The translations under genes were made by a program, and so were the position numbers. A stretch of DNA of 64,000 nt, taken from positions 1,472,001-1,536,000 of the forward strand of contig OY969100.1 in NCBI GenBank assembly GCA_963697895.1. Reading direction: 5' to 3'. This document shows, piece after piece, positions 53,932 through 64,000 of the stretch. The stretch is from an uncultured Methanomicrobiales archaeon (lineage in GTDB: Archaea; Halobacteriota; Methanomicrobia; Methanomicrobiales; Methanospirillaceae). Each line of letters starts with the position of its first letter. The first letter of the stretch is position 1. The notes beneath the pieces were generated by a model that saw only the letters and a list, made by a program, of their open reading frames with translations, did no database searches and had not been told where the DNA came from.

Positions 53932-54882
53932 ATGATGGATGACGAATTACGGGAAAAGGCCAAAAAAGAACTGAGGTTCATCCTTGAGACCGCAGGGTAC
54001 GATGTGGATGATGTGGATGAACCCATGGATCTTTCCGCAACCCGGCAGGGAGAATGTCTGCTTGTTCTCTGTTCTGATGATGAGAAAACCATTGACCAGT
54101 TCGATAAGACTCACTATAACCTGAAACTTGACGAAGGAGAGATCGGATGCAAAAAGATTCTCTTCTCCCTCAACGACACGGTCAGGGCGGAAAACTGCAT
54201 TGTGTGGGGAGTGAGGGAATTTGTACGGTATGCAGGAGAAGCGGTATTTGCGGAGATGCTTGACCGGGAACTGTCCCTCTCCTTTACATCGACGGAGAAT
54301 AAGACTGCTGCTGCCGTGGCTGAAGAAGAAGAGCCTGTTTCGTCCGGGATCAGCATACCGCATCTCCCGGTCAAGGTGAATAAACAGCAAGCGGAACGGA
54401 TTGCGGGGACACAAGGTCAGATGAACCTCCGTCTCATGCCGCACTGGGTGTACCATTTCGTAAGCAGCGGGGAGCAGATCTATAAAGAGCATCACATACC
54501 CTTTGATGCCGAGGGTTATGGTGCAGTCAATGCAATCAACGGGATGAAAGTGGAGATCGATTCAAATGCAATCGACAATGGTGAAGTACCAGGAAATGCC
54601 GAACTCCTCCAGCCGCATATCTCGCAGGAAGATGCAAAGGAGAAGATCTATTCGGATGTCATCGAAAAGCTGACTCAGCATGTCCGGATAAAACAAGCTA
54701 AAGGGGATGCGATCTACTACGAAGAAAAAGTGCTGAAACCCGACAAGAATAACATCACGATCGAGATTTCCCAGGTTTATATCCCCGTCTGGCAGATACG
54801 GGGGAAAAAAATCGTGGAAGTGAATGCGTTCACCGGCGAAGTCCTCTCCCAGCCAATGGATGAGGGTGTGGAGATCCTCTGA
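53932..54882 (+). CDS. Hypothetical protein
   Basis: 316-aa ORF with normal codon usage, apparently co-transcribed with the downstream oxidoreductase; C-terminal YIPVW...EVNAFTGE. Confidence 0.75.
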   Translation: MMDDELREKAKKELRFILETAGYDVDDVDEPMDLSATRQGECLLVLCSDDEKTIDQFDKTHYNLKLDEGEIGCKKILFSLNDTVRAENCIVWGVREFVRYAGEAVFAEMLDRELSLSFTSTENKTAAAVAEEEEPVSSGISIPHLPVKVNKQQAERIAGTQGQMNLRLMPHWVYHFVSSGEQIYKEHHIPFDAEGYGAVNAINGMKVEIDSNAIDNGEVPGNAELLQPHISQEDAKEKIYSDVIEKLTQHVRIKQAKGDAIYYEEKVLKPDKNNITIEISQVYIPVWQIRGKKIVEVNAFTGEVLSQPMDEGVEIL

Positions 54883-54891
54883 TCTTTTTCC

Positions 54892-56223
54892 ATGATCGTT
54901 ATTGTCGGGGCTGGACCGGCCGGAAGAACAGCAGCGGTTCACCTCGCAACTGCCGGCGAAGAAGTGCAGCTGGTTGAAGGTGAGGGGATCGGTGGCCAGT
55001 GCCTCAATTATGGCTGCATGGTTATCTGTGCATTGAACGACCTTGCCCGAACCCTCAACGAGACCAGGAACCTTCAATCACTCGGTATTCTCGATTCCAC
55101 ACCATCGCTGCACTTCCCCACCATGATACGTCAGCTCCGCGTTGTGAAGGAGATGATTGCGAAGATCCTCGACGAGGAGACGAGAAAGGCAGGGGTAGAG
55201 ATACTCTATGGGAATGAAGCCCGGCTCGAGGGTACGCATCTTACCATCGGTGATGAACACATCGATGCGGACGCGCTTGTTCTGGCAACAGGATCAAAAC
55301 CAGCAATCCCTGACATTCCCGGTATAACACTTCCTGAAGTCTTCAATCCTCATACATTGGGCAGGATGAGTGAATTGCCGGATCGGATGGCAGTTATCGG
55401 TGGCGGGATCATGGCTGCTGAGATCGCCTATGCCTTCCAGCAATTCGGGTCCGATGTGAGCTTAATTGCCCGAAGCCAGCTGTTGAAGGGATTGGACCCG
55501 AAACTGAGAAATCTCGCAATAAAGGAACTTGATAATGTTCAGATTTATACTAATACCTCTGTTGCAAAGATTGATGGGGCGACCCAAGCTCAATCGATCA
55601 CCATTGAGCATTTGAATTCGACAAAACAGATCGACATCGATGCTGTTTTTGTAGCTGCAGGCTTGGTTCCCCGTACGGAAAATCTCGCGGGGATAAAAAA
55701 AGGGTCACTGGAAGAAGTGGTCGTCGATCGGAGAATGCGTACGAATATTGAGGGAATTTACGCTGCCGGAGATGTGACCGGGCCTCCATATCTTACTCCT
55801 GTTTCCCGGCACGAAGGAATCGTTGCGGCCGAAAATATCCTCGGGCATTCGTGTGAGATGGATTATCGCTATATTCCACAGTTCATGAGCCTCAAAAACG
55901 AGTTCGGCTTCTTCGACGACGGAACGACCGATGCGGTGGCGATGAGCGTCCCCGGGCCTGCCGGCCCCGGTTCTTTCTGGGGGGTTCCCAACGGTGATAC
56001 TGGGGTCGCAACAATCCGGATCGATCCAATAGACGGACGAATCTGCGGAATGAGTACAGCAGCACCGGCAGGCGGGATCATTGCGGCATATATGGCGTTC
56101 CTTGCTCACAAGGAGATGACCGTGTATGGGTTTGAGGAATTCATGGAAGTGCACCCGATGGCGGATGGGGTATACGGGTTGATCCGGTATGCGGCGGGAT
56201 ACCTGAAGAACAAGAGACTGTAG
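54892..56223 (+). CDS. Pyridine nucleotide-disulfide oxidoreductase (dihydrolipoamide dehydrogenase-like)
   Basis: GAGPAG, GGQCLNYGC redox disulfide, ATGS, GGG, IYAAGDV, C-terminal HP. Confidence 0.9.
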   Translation: MIVIVGAGPAGRTAAVHLATAGEEVQLVEGEGIGGQCLNYGCMVICALNDLARTLNETRNLQSLGILDSTPSLHFPTMIRQLRVVKEMIAKILDEETRKAGVEILYGNEARLEGTHLTIGDEHIDADALVLATGSKPAIPDIPGITLPEVFNPHTLGRMSELPDRMAVIGGGIMAAEIAYAFQQFGSDVSLIARSQLLKGLDPKLRNLAIKELDNVQIYTNTSVAKIDGATQAQSITIEHLNSTKQIDIDAVFVAAGLVPRTENLAGIKKGSLEEVVVDRRMRTNIEGIYAAGDVTGPPYLTPVSRHEGIVAAENILGHSCEMDYRYIPQFMSLKNEFGFFDDGTTDAVAMSVPGPAGPGSFWGVPNGDTGVATIRIDPIDGRICGMSTAAPAGGIIAAYMAFLAHKEMTVYGFEEFMEVHPMADGVYGLIRYAAGYLKNKRL

Positions 56224-56401
56224 TTATTCCCTTTGTAGGGATTGCCCGGATCGAGATTCTTCCGCAAGGAATGAACGGCTAATTCGGCCCAGTAACATTA
56301 TTCTGGTTTAGAAGATTTGGAGGGTCCATTTTTTACTTAAAGGAGGCTGATTGTTCGGAAAAACACCGATAAAAAACTGAAATAAAAACCCGGAAACGAG
56401 A

Positions 56402-56513
56402 TGCTGCGGACGGGATCCGAACCCGCGACCTCCAGATATCTCAGATGATGGCGCCTCGATGATACACGAAAACCCTATGAGTCTGGCGCCCTAACCAGCT
56501 AGGCCACCGCAGC
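56402..56513 (-). tRNA. tRNA-Met (CAT, probably elongator) with a 38-nt intron (56438..56475)
   Basis: GCTGCGG acceptor; anticodon arm CCAGA-CTCATA[intron]A-TCTGG; T arm GCGGGTTCGGATCCCGT. Confidence 0.93.
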
Positions 56514-56669
56514 ACAAAATTTGCATAGTAAAAACGCATTGAGCTCTATTAAAGGTTCTGATATACTTCGCATCAATCGTGTGGGATCTTCAAATTGTAT
56601 CATTTACATTTGACCCTGTTTCGAAATAGTGTTTTGCAGGGGAAAATGAAAAATTAGGACCATCCAGAA

Positions 56670-58154
56670 TCATGGAGGTTTCCTTCCCTGTTGTTGAAGA
56701 TACAATGTGACCGCAGAGGTCACTGCTGCCGTTTTTTTGCCCTGCCTGAGCGATGCGGCAAGCGTCTGCATACGGGTCTCGTCTTCCATGACATACCGCT
56801 GAAGTGACCGGGCGACATGCTCTTCCTGCAGGAAGTGCGTATGTGTATTGCCCTCGATGAACTGCTGGTTCCGCATAATTGCATAGTGGAGGGGGATGGT
56901 TGTCTTCACCCCGATGATCACATATTCATAGAGCGCACGCCGCATCCGCTCGATCGCCTCCTGTCGTGTCATTCCATATGCACAAAGCTTTGATATCATG
57001 GAGTCATAATTCGTCGGTATCGTATATCCCATGTGAATGCCGGAATCCACCCGGACACCGGGGCCACCGGGAGAGCGATACCGGAGGATTTTCCCGGGAT
57101 CGACCGCGAAGTTGTTCATGGGATCTTCTGCGTTGATCCGGCACTCGATGGCATGACCACGGAGGCTGATATCTTCCTGCCCGAAGGAAAGCGCTTCACC
57201 GGCTGCGATTGCAATCTGCTGGCGGACGATATCAATTCCTGTTGTGAGCTCAGTAACCGTGTGTTCCACCTGGAGACGGGTGTTCACCTCCATGAAGTAA
57301 TATTCTCCTGAAGAGTACAGGAATTCTACGGTCCCCGCATTGGTGTAGTGAGAAGTTTCGGCAACCGCCAGAGCTGATTCCGCCATCCTGCTCCGTAAGT
57401 CACCGGTCATGATAGGGCAGGGAGACTCCTCAACCAGCTTCTGATAGCGTCGCTGGATGGAGCATTCCCGGTCAAAGAGATGAACACGATTACCATGCTC
57501 ATCTGCCAGGATCTGGAACTCGATATGCCGCGGTTTGGTCAGGTACTTCTCGATAAAAACTCTTGGGTCCCCGAATGCAGAAGCTGCCACCCTCTTACCT
57601 GCTTCAACGGCCGCTCCCAGTGCGTTACCATCATGGACGATCTGCATGCCGATGCCGCCCCCGCCCGCACTCGCCTTCACGATCACCGGGTATCCTATCT
57701 TTTCAGCGACCGCAAGAGCCTCTCCGACATCCTCGATCCCCCCTTCGGTTCCGGGGAGAATTGGCACTCCGGCCCTCCTCATTGTCTGTTTGCATTCTAT
57801 CTTTGAGCCTAATTCATGGATTGTCTGCCAGGATGGTCCGACGAAGGTGACTCCTTCCTCCTGACAGAGTTTTGCAAACCGGTAGTTTTCGGCGAGAAAT
57901 CCATATCCCGGGTGAACTGCCTCAGCTCCGGATTTTTTGGCAATATCGACGATCCGCTCCATATTGAGATAACTCTTCGAGGGAGGTGCTTCCCCGACTA
58001 AAAAGGCCTCGTCTGCATATTTCACATGGAGTGCATCCTTATCAACAGTAGAATATATCGCTACAGTTTCAATGTTGAGCTCGCGACAGGCACGCATCAC
58101 GCGAATTGCTATCTCGCCCCTGTTTGCAACGAGAACCTTGTCGAAATACTTCAT
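56670..58154 (-). CDS. pycA: Pyruvate carboxylase subunit A (biotin carboxylase)
   Basis: ANRGEIA, HPGYGFLAEN, GGGGIGM, RECSIQRR, EVNTRLQVEH. Confidence 0.95.
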   Translation of the reverse strand: MKYFDKVLVANRGEIAIRVMRACRELNIETVAIYSTVDKDALHVKYADEAFLVGEAPPSKSYLNMERIVDIAKKSGAEAVHPGYGFLAENYRFAKLCQEEGVTFVGPSWQTIHELGSKIECKQTMRRAGVPILPGTEGGIEDVGEALAVAEKIGYPVIVKASAGGGGIGMQIVHDGNALGAAVEAGKRVAASAFGDPRVFIEKYLTKPRHIEFQILADEHGNRVHLFDRECSIQRRYQKLVEESPCPIMTGDLRSRMAESALAVAETSHYTNAGTVEFLYSSGEYYFMEVNTRLQVEHTVTELTTGIDIVRQQIAIAAGEALSFGQEDISLRGHAIECRINAEDPMNNFAVDPGKILRYRSPGGPGVRVDSGIHMGYTIPTNYDSMISKLCAYGMTRQEAIERMRRALYEYVIIGVKTTIPLHYAIMRNQQFIEGNTHTHFLQEEHVARSLQRYVMEDETRMQTLAASLRQGKKTAAVTSAVTLYLQQQGRKPP

Positions 58155-59893
58155 TCCACCACCAAAAGGACATCCCCGTTCTGGACCACATCTCCGACGT
58201 CCACAAAGATCTCCGCAACCTTGCCGTCTGCAGGAGCATGAATCGGGTTTTCCATTTTCATTGCTTCAAGGACAAGGAGAAGGTCCCCTTTTTTTACCCG
58301 AGTCCCACGACTCACCGACACTTCAAGGACCATTCCCTGCATATTACTCTTGATACCCCCCTGAATGTCTCCTCGAGGAATCTTCTGGGCTTGCACGCTT
58401 GCGATCTCTGTCGCACTTCCTTCTACGGAGATGATCCGTACCGAAAATATTTCACCATCAACCTCTACTTCCATGGAACGCGGAATATTGGTTGTCTTGT
58501 CCATCGAAGGCACGTGTTTAGTAGGAATTACTTCCTCTTTTCGCTCTCCGCGGAGGAAGGAAGGCGCTATTGCAGGGTAGAGGATGTACGTCAGCACATC
58601 CTCTTCTTTTTTCACCAGGCCCTCCGCTATTGCCTGCTCTTTCATCTTCGTATAAACCGGTTCCAGGAGATCGGCCGGTCTCACCGTGATCACCGGTTCG
58701 TCACCAATGATCAGCCTTCGGATCTCATCCCGGATCGGCGCGGGGGCTTTCCCATAGAGCCCCCGTACGTAATCCTTCACCTCCTTGCTCACGCTCCGGT
58801 ACCGTTCTCCGCCGAGGAGGACGTTCATGACCGCCTGGGTGCCGACAATCTGCGATGTCGGGGTAACAAGGGGTGGGTAACCCAGGTCCTCCCTAACCTG
58901 TGGGATTTCCTTGAATACATCATCCAGCTTATCAAGGGCATCCTGCTCTTTCAGTTGGGAGACAAGGTTCGATATCATCCCGCCGGGAAGCTGATAGATG
59001 AGCACATCACTGTCCACCCGTTCAGAGATCGGATCGATAAGCCCGGCATATTTTTCCCGTATCTTCAGGCAGTAATTTCTCACTCCGCGAAGCGCAATCA
59101 GGTCGATGCCGGTGTCTCTCGGCGTTCCCTTCAGAGAAGCAACCACACTTTCCGTTGGAGGTTGTGATGTTCCCAGTGCAAAGGGCGACATCGCTGTGTC
59201 GAGAATATCGACACCGGCCTCGATCGCGGCCTGGTAACTCATGGATGCAATACCGCTCGTGGAATGGCTGTGTAAATTCACCATGATATCCATCTCCCCT
59301 TTTATTCCGGAGATCAGGTCATACGCCGCTGACGGCATGATGAGACCGGCCATATCTTTGATACAGATAGAATCACAATCGTTCGCGTAGAGATCCCGTG
59401 CCATTTGAATGAAACGCCCTGTCGAATGGACGGGACTGGTGGTATACGAGATGGTGCCCTGAAGATGCGCACCCACATCTTTTACCATTCTCATAGATTC
59501 CTGCATATTCCGGATATCGTTCAGGGCATCAAATACCCGGAAGACATCCACTCCATTTTCTGCAGCGAGAATTACAAACCGATCGACGACATCATCCGGA
59601 TAATGGCGGTACCCGACAAGATTCTGTCCGCGGAGAAGCATCTGGACCGGCGTGTGTTTCAACTCTGCCTTCAGCTGCTTTAACCGATCCCAGGGATCTT
59701 CATTCAGAAAACGGATAGCGGTATCAAAGGTGGCGCCCCCCCACGCCTCAACCGAGAAGAAACCGATCCCATCGATCTTGCGGGCCAGGAGAAGGATATC
59801 CTCCGTTCGCAACCTTGTGGCGACAAGCGACTGATGCGCATCACGAAGCGTTGTATCTGTGATCAGGAGTTTGCTCGAAGCGGCAGGACTCAT
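58151..59893 (-). CDS. pycB: Pyruvate carboxylase subunit B
   Basis: LRDAHQS, WGGATFD, IKDMAG, PGGM, VTPTSQ and biotinyl EAMKM. Confidence 0.95.
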   Translation of the reverse strand: MSPAASSKLLITDTTLRDAHQSLVATRLRTEDILLLARKIDGIGFFSVEAWGGATFDTAIRFLNEDPWDRLKQLKAELKHTPVQMLLRGQNLVGYRHYPDDVVDRFVILAAENGVDVFRVFDALNDIRNMQESMRMVKDVGAHLQGTISYTTSPVHSTGRFIQMARDLYANDCDSICIKDMAGLIMPSAAYDLISGIKGEMDIMVNLHSHSTSGIASMSYQAAIEAGVDILDTAMSPFALGTSQPPTESVVASLKGTPRDTGIDLIALRGVRNYCLKIREKYAGLIDPISERVDSDVLIYQLPGGMISNLVSQLKEQDALDKLDDVFKEIPQVREDLGYPPLVTPTSQIVGTQAVMNVLLGGERYRSVSKEVKDYVRGLYGKAPAPIRDEIRRLIIGDEPVITVRPADLLEPVYTKMKEQAIAEGLVKKEEDVLTYILYPAIAPSFLRGERKEEVIPTKHVPSMDKTTNIPRSMEVEVDGEIFSVRIISVEGSATEIASVQAQKIPRGDIQGGIKSNMQGMVLEVSVSRGTRVKKGDLLLVLEAMKMENPIHAPADGKVAEIFVDVGDVVQNGDVLLVVE

Positions 59894-59940
59894 CAGGGCA
59901 CCTCCGGCCGAATGTGTCTGGTATTCAAACTGCTAAAACG

Positions 59941-60594
59941 TTAGTGTAGAAGTATAAAAACATCACGAACCGGGATGAAAGCGAATAACAGCACGAGAAT
60001 TGAGGAAAATCCGGCGATCTGATCGATCCATCGGCTGGCGAATGCCGGACAAATACTTCCCCCTCCCTGGTACCCCCTGATGGCGAGGATCTCCGCCTGA
60101 TCTCGCGCCCGTTCCAGCTGCTGATGGATGATCATCCCGGTTGCCGGCACAATCGTACGGATACCGGGTGTAATCCGTTTGATCCGATGAGCCATGCCAG
60201 CCCGGCCGATGTCTTCACGGATTATTTCGATTCCTTGGACTGACATCTCTGCTGCGAGACCAAGGTCGAATCCCCAGTTTCTGCCGAAGAGCCAGACCGA
60301 GACACTGAGGAACTCTCCAGGAACCCGTTCTCCGTATGCCCATCCGGCAATGAGAATTATTACCCCCATCCTGATACCGTATGAGATACCATTCCCGCTG
60401 AATATCTCGGCTAAAAAGGCAAACAGCAGTACGGAGATAAGAAACAGAACGAGACCCCGTGAACGATGCAGGCTCCGGAACGAAGGTGTGAATACAAGCC
60501 ACCAGAGGAATACTGCTGCTGCTCCCCAGAGGCTCGCAAACGCTGCGAGGGAGAGGATTATGATAGAGAAGATCCGGATACGCGGGTCCTGCAT
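59941..60594 (-). CDS. ECF transporter transmembrane (EcfT-like) component
   Basis: Multi-TM, MQDPRIR start, LERARDQAEILAIRGY motif; downstream of the ECF ATPases. Confidence 0.75.
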   Translation of the reverse strand: MQDPRIRIFSIIILSLAAFASLWGAAAVFLWWLVFTPSFRSLHRSRGLVLFLISVLLFAFLAEIFSGNGISYGIRMGVIILIAGWAYGERVPGEFLSVSVWLFGRNWGFDLGLAAEMSVQGIEIIREDIGRAGMAHRIKRITPGIRTIVPATGMIIHQQLERARDQAEILAIRGYQGGGSICPAFASRWIDQIAGFSSILVLLFAFIPVRDVFILLH

Positions 60595-61275
60595 GCAGCC
60601 TCCATGAGATCTGCCGGACTGATATTGTCCGGAATTATTCCTGCAGATATCAGCGAACGCAACTGATCCGAGGCATTTTTCCATGCTCCGATTGCCCCGG
60701 GGACGTCCCCGAGACCCGTCAATCTCCCCGAATCGAGCACCCAGATTTCTTTAACCCGGGGGAAATACCACTGTTCGTGAGTCATGAGAAGGGTTATGCC
60801 TTTTGAACGATCCGAGAGCTTCCGACAGAGAACGGCCTTCCCCTCGCAGTCAAGGGAACTGAAAGGCTCATCAAGAATGAGGAGATCGCCTGGCGCTGAT
60901 ATTGCACAGGTCAGCTGGAGACGCTTTCAGCTCGCCCCGGCTGAGGGACGACGGCTCCTCTCTTCCACGACCGTACAGTCCAGAGTCTCTGAGTATCTCA
61001 TCCGATACGAGTCCCCAGGATCTGACCTCATCTGCGATTGTTTTTCCGGTTATATGGTACTCAGGGAACTGAAGTGAGAGAACGACGGCCTGTATGCCAT
61101 CTTTCCTAATATCACCCGCTGCCGGCCTGAGCAGACCTGAAGCAATCATGGCAAGGGTGCTCTTTCCCGATCCGACCGGGCCACTGATCAGATGAATCCC
61201 TTCATGGAACGTTCCGGTTGCATGGAGAGACCACCCATTTCGCGTAAAGATAACGTTATCGAGCGTGAACTGCAT
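60558..61275 (-). CDS. ECF transporter ATPase (frameshift at ~60925)
   Basis: GPVGSGKST, LSRGELK, then after a shift RLQL...LLILDEPFSSLD...MTHE. Confidence 0.85.
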
Positions 61276-61942
61276 CGCGGAGCCTCCAGACTGGGGGATA
61301 GAAACAAGTATTCGAAAGCCGGCTGAATACCTCGGCAGGTGTTCCCTGAAAAAGAGGTGACCCCTCCTTCAGATAGACGACGTTCTCTGCCCCGGTAACC
61401 AGATCCATTTGCTGGGTACACTGAATCACATATTTGCACCCAGCTTCACTTATGATCTTTCCGGCTCTCATCATGGCAGCAGCATCGAGATGCGAATCGA
61501 ACTCGTCAAGTACCAGAAGAAGAGGACGGTGAGCGAGTGCGGTCAGAAGGGATATGAGTGCCTTTTCTCCCCCGGAAAGGGTTCCTGTTAGTCTATCGAG
61601 CAGGTCCTCGATTCCTGCCAGTTCCACAAGCTCTTCGACCCTTCTCTTGGTTTCTGAACATTTCATCCCCCCGAACCTGAGTGGAGAGGCGAGTTCATCC
61701 GAAACCAGCTGGAGGAGGAGGTTACGGTCGGGAAACTCGTGTACCCATCCGACCTCGGTCTCCCTCGGGGCAATACCATCAACGAGGATCTCTCCCTCCT
61801 CCGGAAGCGCCAATCCTGTAATAATACGAAGCAGCGTTGTCTTTCCACTCCCGTTCGGGCCGATCACCGCTGTCCTTCCCGGGGGGATACCCAGTGACGG
61901 AATATTAAGGCTCTGGAATCTCAGCCGGTTGATTATCAGCAT
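61256..61942 (-). CDS. ECF transporter ATPase
   Basis: GPNGSGKTT, LSGGE, LVLDE. Confidence 0.9.
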   Translation of the reverse strand: MLIINRLRFQSLNIPSLGIPPGRTAVIGPNGSGKTTLLRIITGLALPEEGEILVDGIAPRETEVGWVHEFPDRNLLLQLVSDELASPLRFGGMKCSETKRRVEELVELAGIEDLLDRLTGTLSGGEKALISLLTALAHRPLLLVLDEFDSHLDAAAMMRAGKIISEAGCKYVIQCTQQMDLVTGAENVVYLKEGSPLFQGTPAEVFSRLSNTCFYPPVWRLRDAVHAR

Positions 61943-61946
61943 CGTA

Positions 61947-62495
61947 TCAATGCTCCTGGACTTTTCTCAGATCTACATTATCCGCGCCGCGGAGTCGTTT
62001 GGCAATCTGATAAACGGCAAATCCTTTGATCACGTCACCGGGAAGGAACAGGAGCATCCCAAGGATTATGGCCACGGTAAACGGGATTCCCGTTGACAGA
62101 CTGATCCAGGTAACACCGAATACATAGATGATCAGGGTACCTGCGATGAGTCCGCCGATATGATTAACGACTGATGTGGTCTCGTACGCGAGACCCACGA
62201 CCAATGCGGCGGAAATAAAACCGAAGATATATCCCCCTGTGGGACCGAGCAGGACACCGATACCTGTCGTCCCGTTATGAAAAACCGGCAGCCCGAGGGC
62301 TCCACAGAGAACGTACAGACCGGTCGGCACCACTGCGTATCGTTTCATCACCGCACCGGATAGCAGTACAAAAAAACTCTGTAACGTGATCGGTACCGGT
62401 ACGAAGGGAATTGATATCCAGCTTCCCACCGTAATAAGCCCAATAAAAACCGCGGAATAAGATATTATCATCGAGCGCCGTGGGTCGCCGAACAT
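61947..62495 (-). CDS. bioY: Biotin transporter BioY
   Basis: PVPITLQ, GALGLPVF, GPTGGYI.GF, FLPGD.IK. Confidence 0.95.
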   Translation of the reverse strand: MFGDPRRSMIISYSAVFIGLITVGSWISIPFVPVPITLQSFFVLLSGAVMKRYAVVPTGLYVLCGALGLPVFHNGTTGIGVLLGPTGGYIFGFISAALVVGLAYETTSVVNHIGGLIAGTLIIYVFGVTWISLSTGIPFTVAIILGMLLFLPGDVIKGFAVYQIAKRLRGADNVDLRKVQEH

Positions 62496-62496
62496 G

Positions 62497-62524
62497 GTAA
62501 ACCTTCAAAAAAATTAGGGTTGAC
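62497..62524. promoter_or_regulatory. BirA operator (biotin box)
   Basis: GTAAACC-N14-GGTTGAC inverted repeat immediately upstream of the bioY ATG; matches the known BirA consensus; the adjacent birA has an HTH. Confidence 0.8.
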
Positions 62525-62740
62525 GACAAATAGACTTATCGATAAAGTGATCTGCGATAATTACGGTGAAAACAACCTCCATCAGCTCATCTGTTGATGA
62601 TACTGTCATAAAACGGATATCTTTAACGGATTTTTTCGAGAGGGGAGTTCATCTTTTGCGGTATTTTATTTCCCACCGATAAATAAGAGAACCCTTCTGG
62701 TCGATCACCACAGTTCAACATACTGAATCGCTCATCTCAA

Positions 62741-63724
62741 TTATGAATGCTGGATGCAGTCGCCGGCGATAACCCGCTCGATTCTTCCATTCTCCTTTCG
62801 GATGATCAGGGCCCCATACTCGTCGATATCGATAGCGTCTCCCTCGAAACTACTCCGTATGGTGTTAATTCTGACGTGGTGATCCAGGGTGCAGGAGAGA
62901 CTTTTCCATTCCCGGATGATCGGCTCATATTCCCCGCCCTCGATCAGGAGATACCTCCGCTCAAATTCACGGAGGATTCGTGCAAGGAGGCTTGCGCGGT
63001 CGACATCATGACCGACTTCAGCGTTAATCGATGTTACAGAGTCCTGCAGATCGGGGGAGAGGTCGGCAAGGGGGATGTTCGCATCCACACCAATCCCCAG
63101 CAGGCAGTGGTGCACCTGATCCGCCTCTGCCGCAAGCTCGAGAAGGAGCCCGGCTACCTTTTTCCTTCCGATATAGAGATCATTCGGCCATTTGATCAGC
63201 GCTCCCAGATCAAATTCCTTGCGGATTGCTCGGGCTACCGCAACCGATCCTGCCATCGTGACCATGAAGATATGATCGATGGGAATCTTCGGCACGAGCA
63301 TGATGGTGATCCATATTCCCCCGCTCGGAGAGGCCCAGGCCCGACCCATGCGGCCGATGCCGCCAGTCTGTTCTTCGGCGATAATCACCATTCCGTGGAG
63401 GTCTTTTGGATCCACTTCCCCCGCCATCTGCCGGGCTACATAGTTGGTAGAGGGAGTGTTCTCCATATAACGGATTTTTTTACCGATGAATGTTGTCCTG
63501 ATTCGTTTATGTAATTCGTAAGGAAGGAGCTTCCCACTCGTACGGGTGAGATGGTAGCCATCTTTCTGGGATGCGGAGATCTCGTATCCCATGCTGATCA
63601 ACTCCCTGACATGTTTCCAGACGGCAGATCGGGAAATGCCAAGCCTGTCACTGATCGTTTCACCGGAGATCGGCCCGCCGGCAGACTCAAGCACCTCGAG
63701 TACCCTGAAAGCTGCATCGTACAT
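62741..63724 (-). CDS. birA: Bifunctional biotin ligase/repressor
   Basis: N-terminal HTH SGE.IS.RLGISRSAVWKH, QTGGIGRMGR.W.SP, KWPND, KKVAG. Confidence 0.95.
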   Translation of the reverse strand: MYDAAFRVLEVLESAGGPISGETISDRLGISRSAVWKHVRELISMGYEISASQKDGYHLTRTSGKLLPYELHKRIRTTFIGKKIRYMENTPSTNYVARQMAGEVDPKDLHGMVIIAEEQTGGIGRMGRAWASPSGGIWITIMLVPKIPIDHIFMVTMAGSVAVARAIRKEFDLGALIKWPNDLYIGRKKVAGLLLELAAEADQVHHCLLGIGVDANIPLADLSPDLQDSVTSINAEVGHDVDRASLLARILREFERRYLLIEGGEYEPIIREWKSLSCTLDHHVRINTIRSSFEGDAIDIDEYGALIIRKENGRIERVIAGDCIQHS

Positions 63725-63728
63725 GCTG

Positions 63729-64000
63729 TTACCTTTTTGATCCAATCTGTTCAGCCGGAAGCGGGCAGGGATCCTTTCCGCACACCTGCTGAAGAATGGC
63801 CGACTGGTGTTCCATTAACGTGGCAAGATCGAATATCCCGGTAATATCGACGACTCCGATTGCTCCAATGGCCTCACCTGTATCATCCCTGATGGGGCTG
63901 ACCACCACCGGAACCCCCTTATATGCTCCCGTCTGAGGTGTCTCTTTTTTGAGACGATTTTCAACGAGCGCCGCCTCCAGGACCGGCCCGCTGTAGTGGT
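63729..64000 (-). CDS. DUF2111-family protein, 3' part (runs off window)
   Basis: Manual translation HYSGPVLE...[13 protein letters not shown]...[12 protein letters not shown]...[17 protein letters not shown]. Confidence 0.75.
   Translation of the reverse strand, partial: HYSGPVLEAALVENRLKKETPQTGAYKGVPVVVSPIRDDTGEAIGAIGVVDITGIFDLATLMEHQSAILQQVCGKDPCPLPAEQIGSKR

Overview
Chromosomal window from a methanogenic archaeon of the order Methanomicrobiales (Methanoregula/Methanolinea-like gene content). Housekeeping content: metG, a leuA/cimA-family synthase, the rpl15e-RNase P-psmA-SBDS-rpl37ae-rpoP-Pcc1-pfdB superoperon (no exosome genes), moaC, nnr, recJ-like, nac, trmI, thiL, rio2, nadE, pgi, pycAB with a BirA-regulated BioY-ECF biotin operon, and four tRNAs (Phe, Asp, intron-containing Tyr and Met). 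The most notable content is a cell-envelope system. It has eight paralogs of one secreted beta-rich protein family that resembles the Methanospirillum amyloid sheath protein (MspA-like; my recognition, not search-verified), including a tandem A-B-B'-A' array of 855-bp genes and a half-size paralog. Six paralogs share a GCTGA-N6-TCAGC element (one degenerate) at a near-fixed distance behind the TATA box. Also present are a ~2400-aa vWA/CnaB-repeat/PKD adhesin transcribed divergently from one paralog and a TPR lipoprotein flanking the cluster. About nine single-base frameshifts, almost all +1 insertions, interrupt otherwise intact genes and most likely reflect sequencing or assembly error. No CRISPR array, rRNA or transposase was seen.
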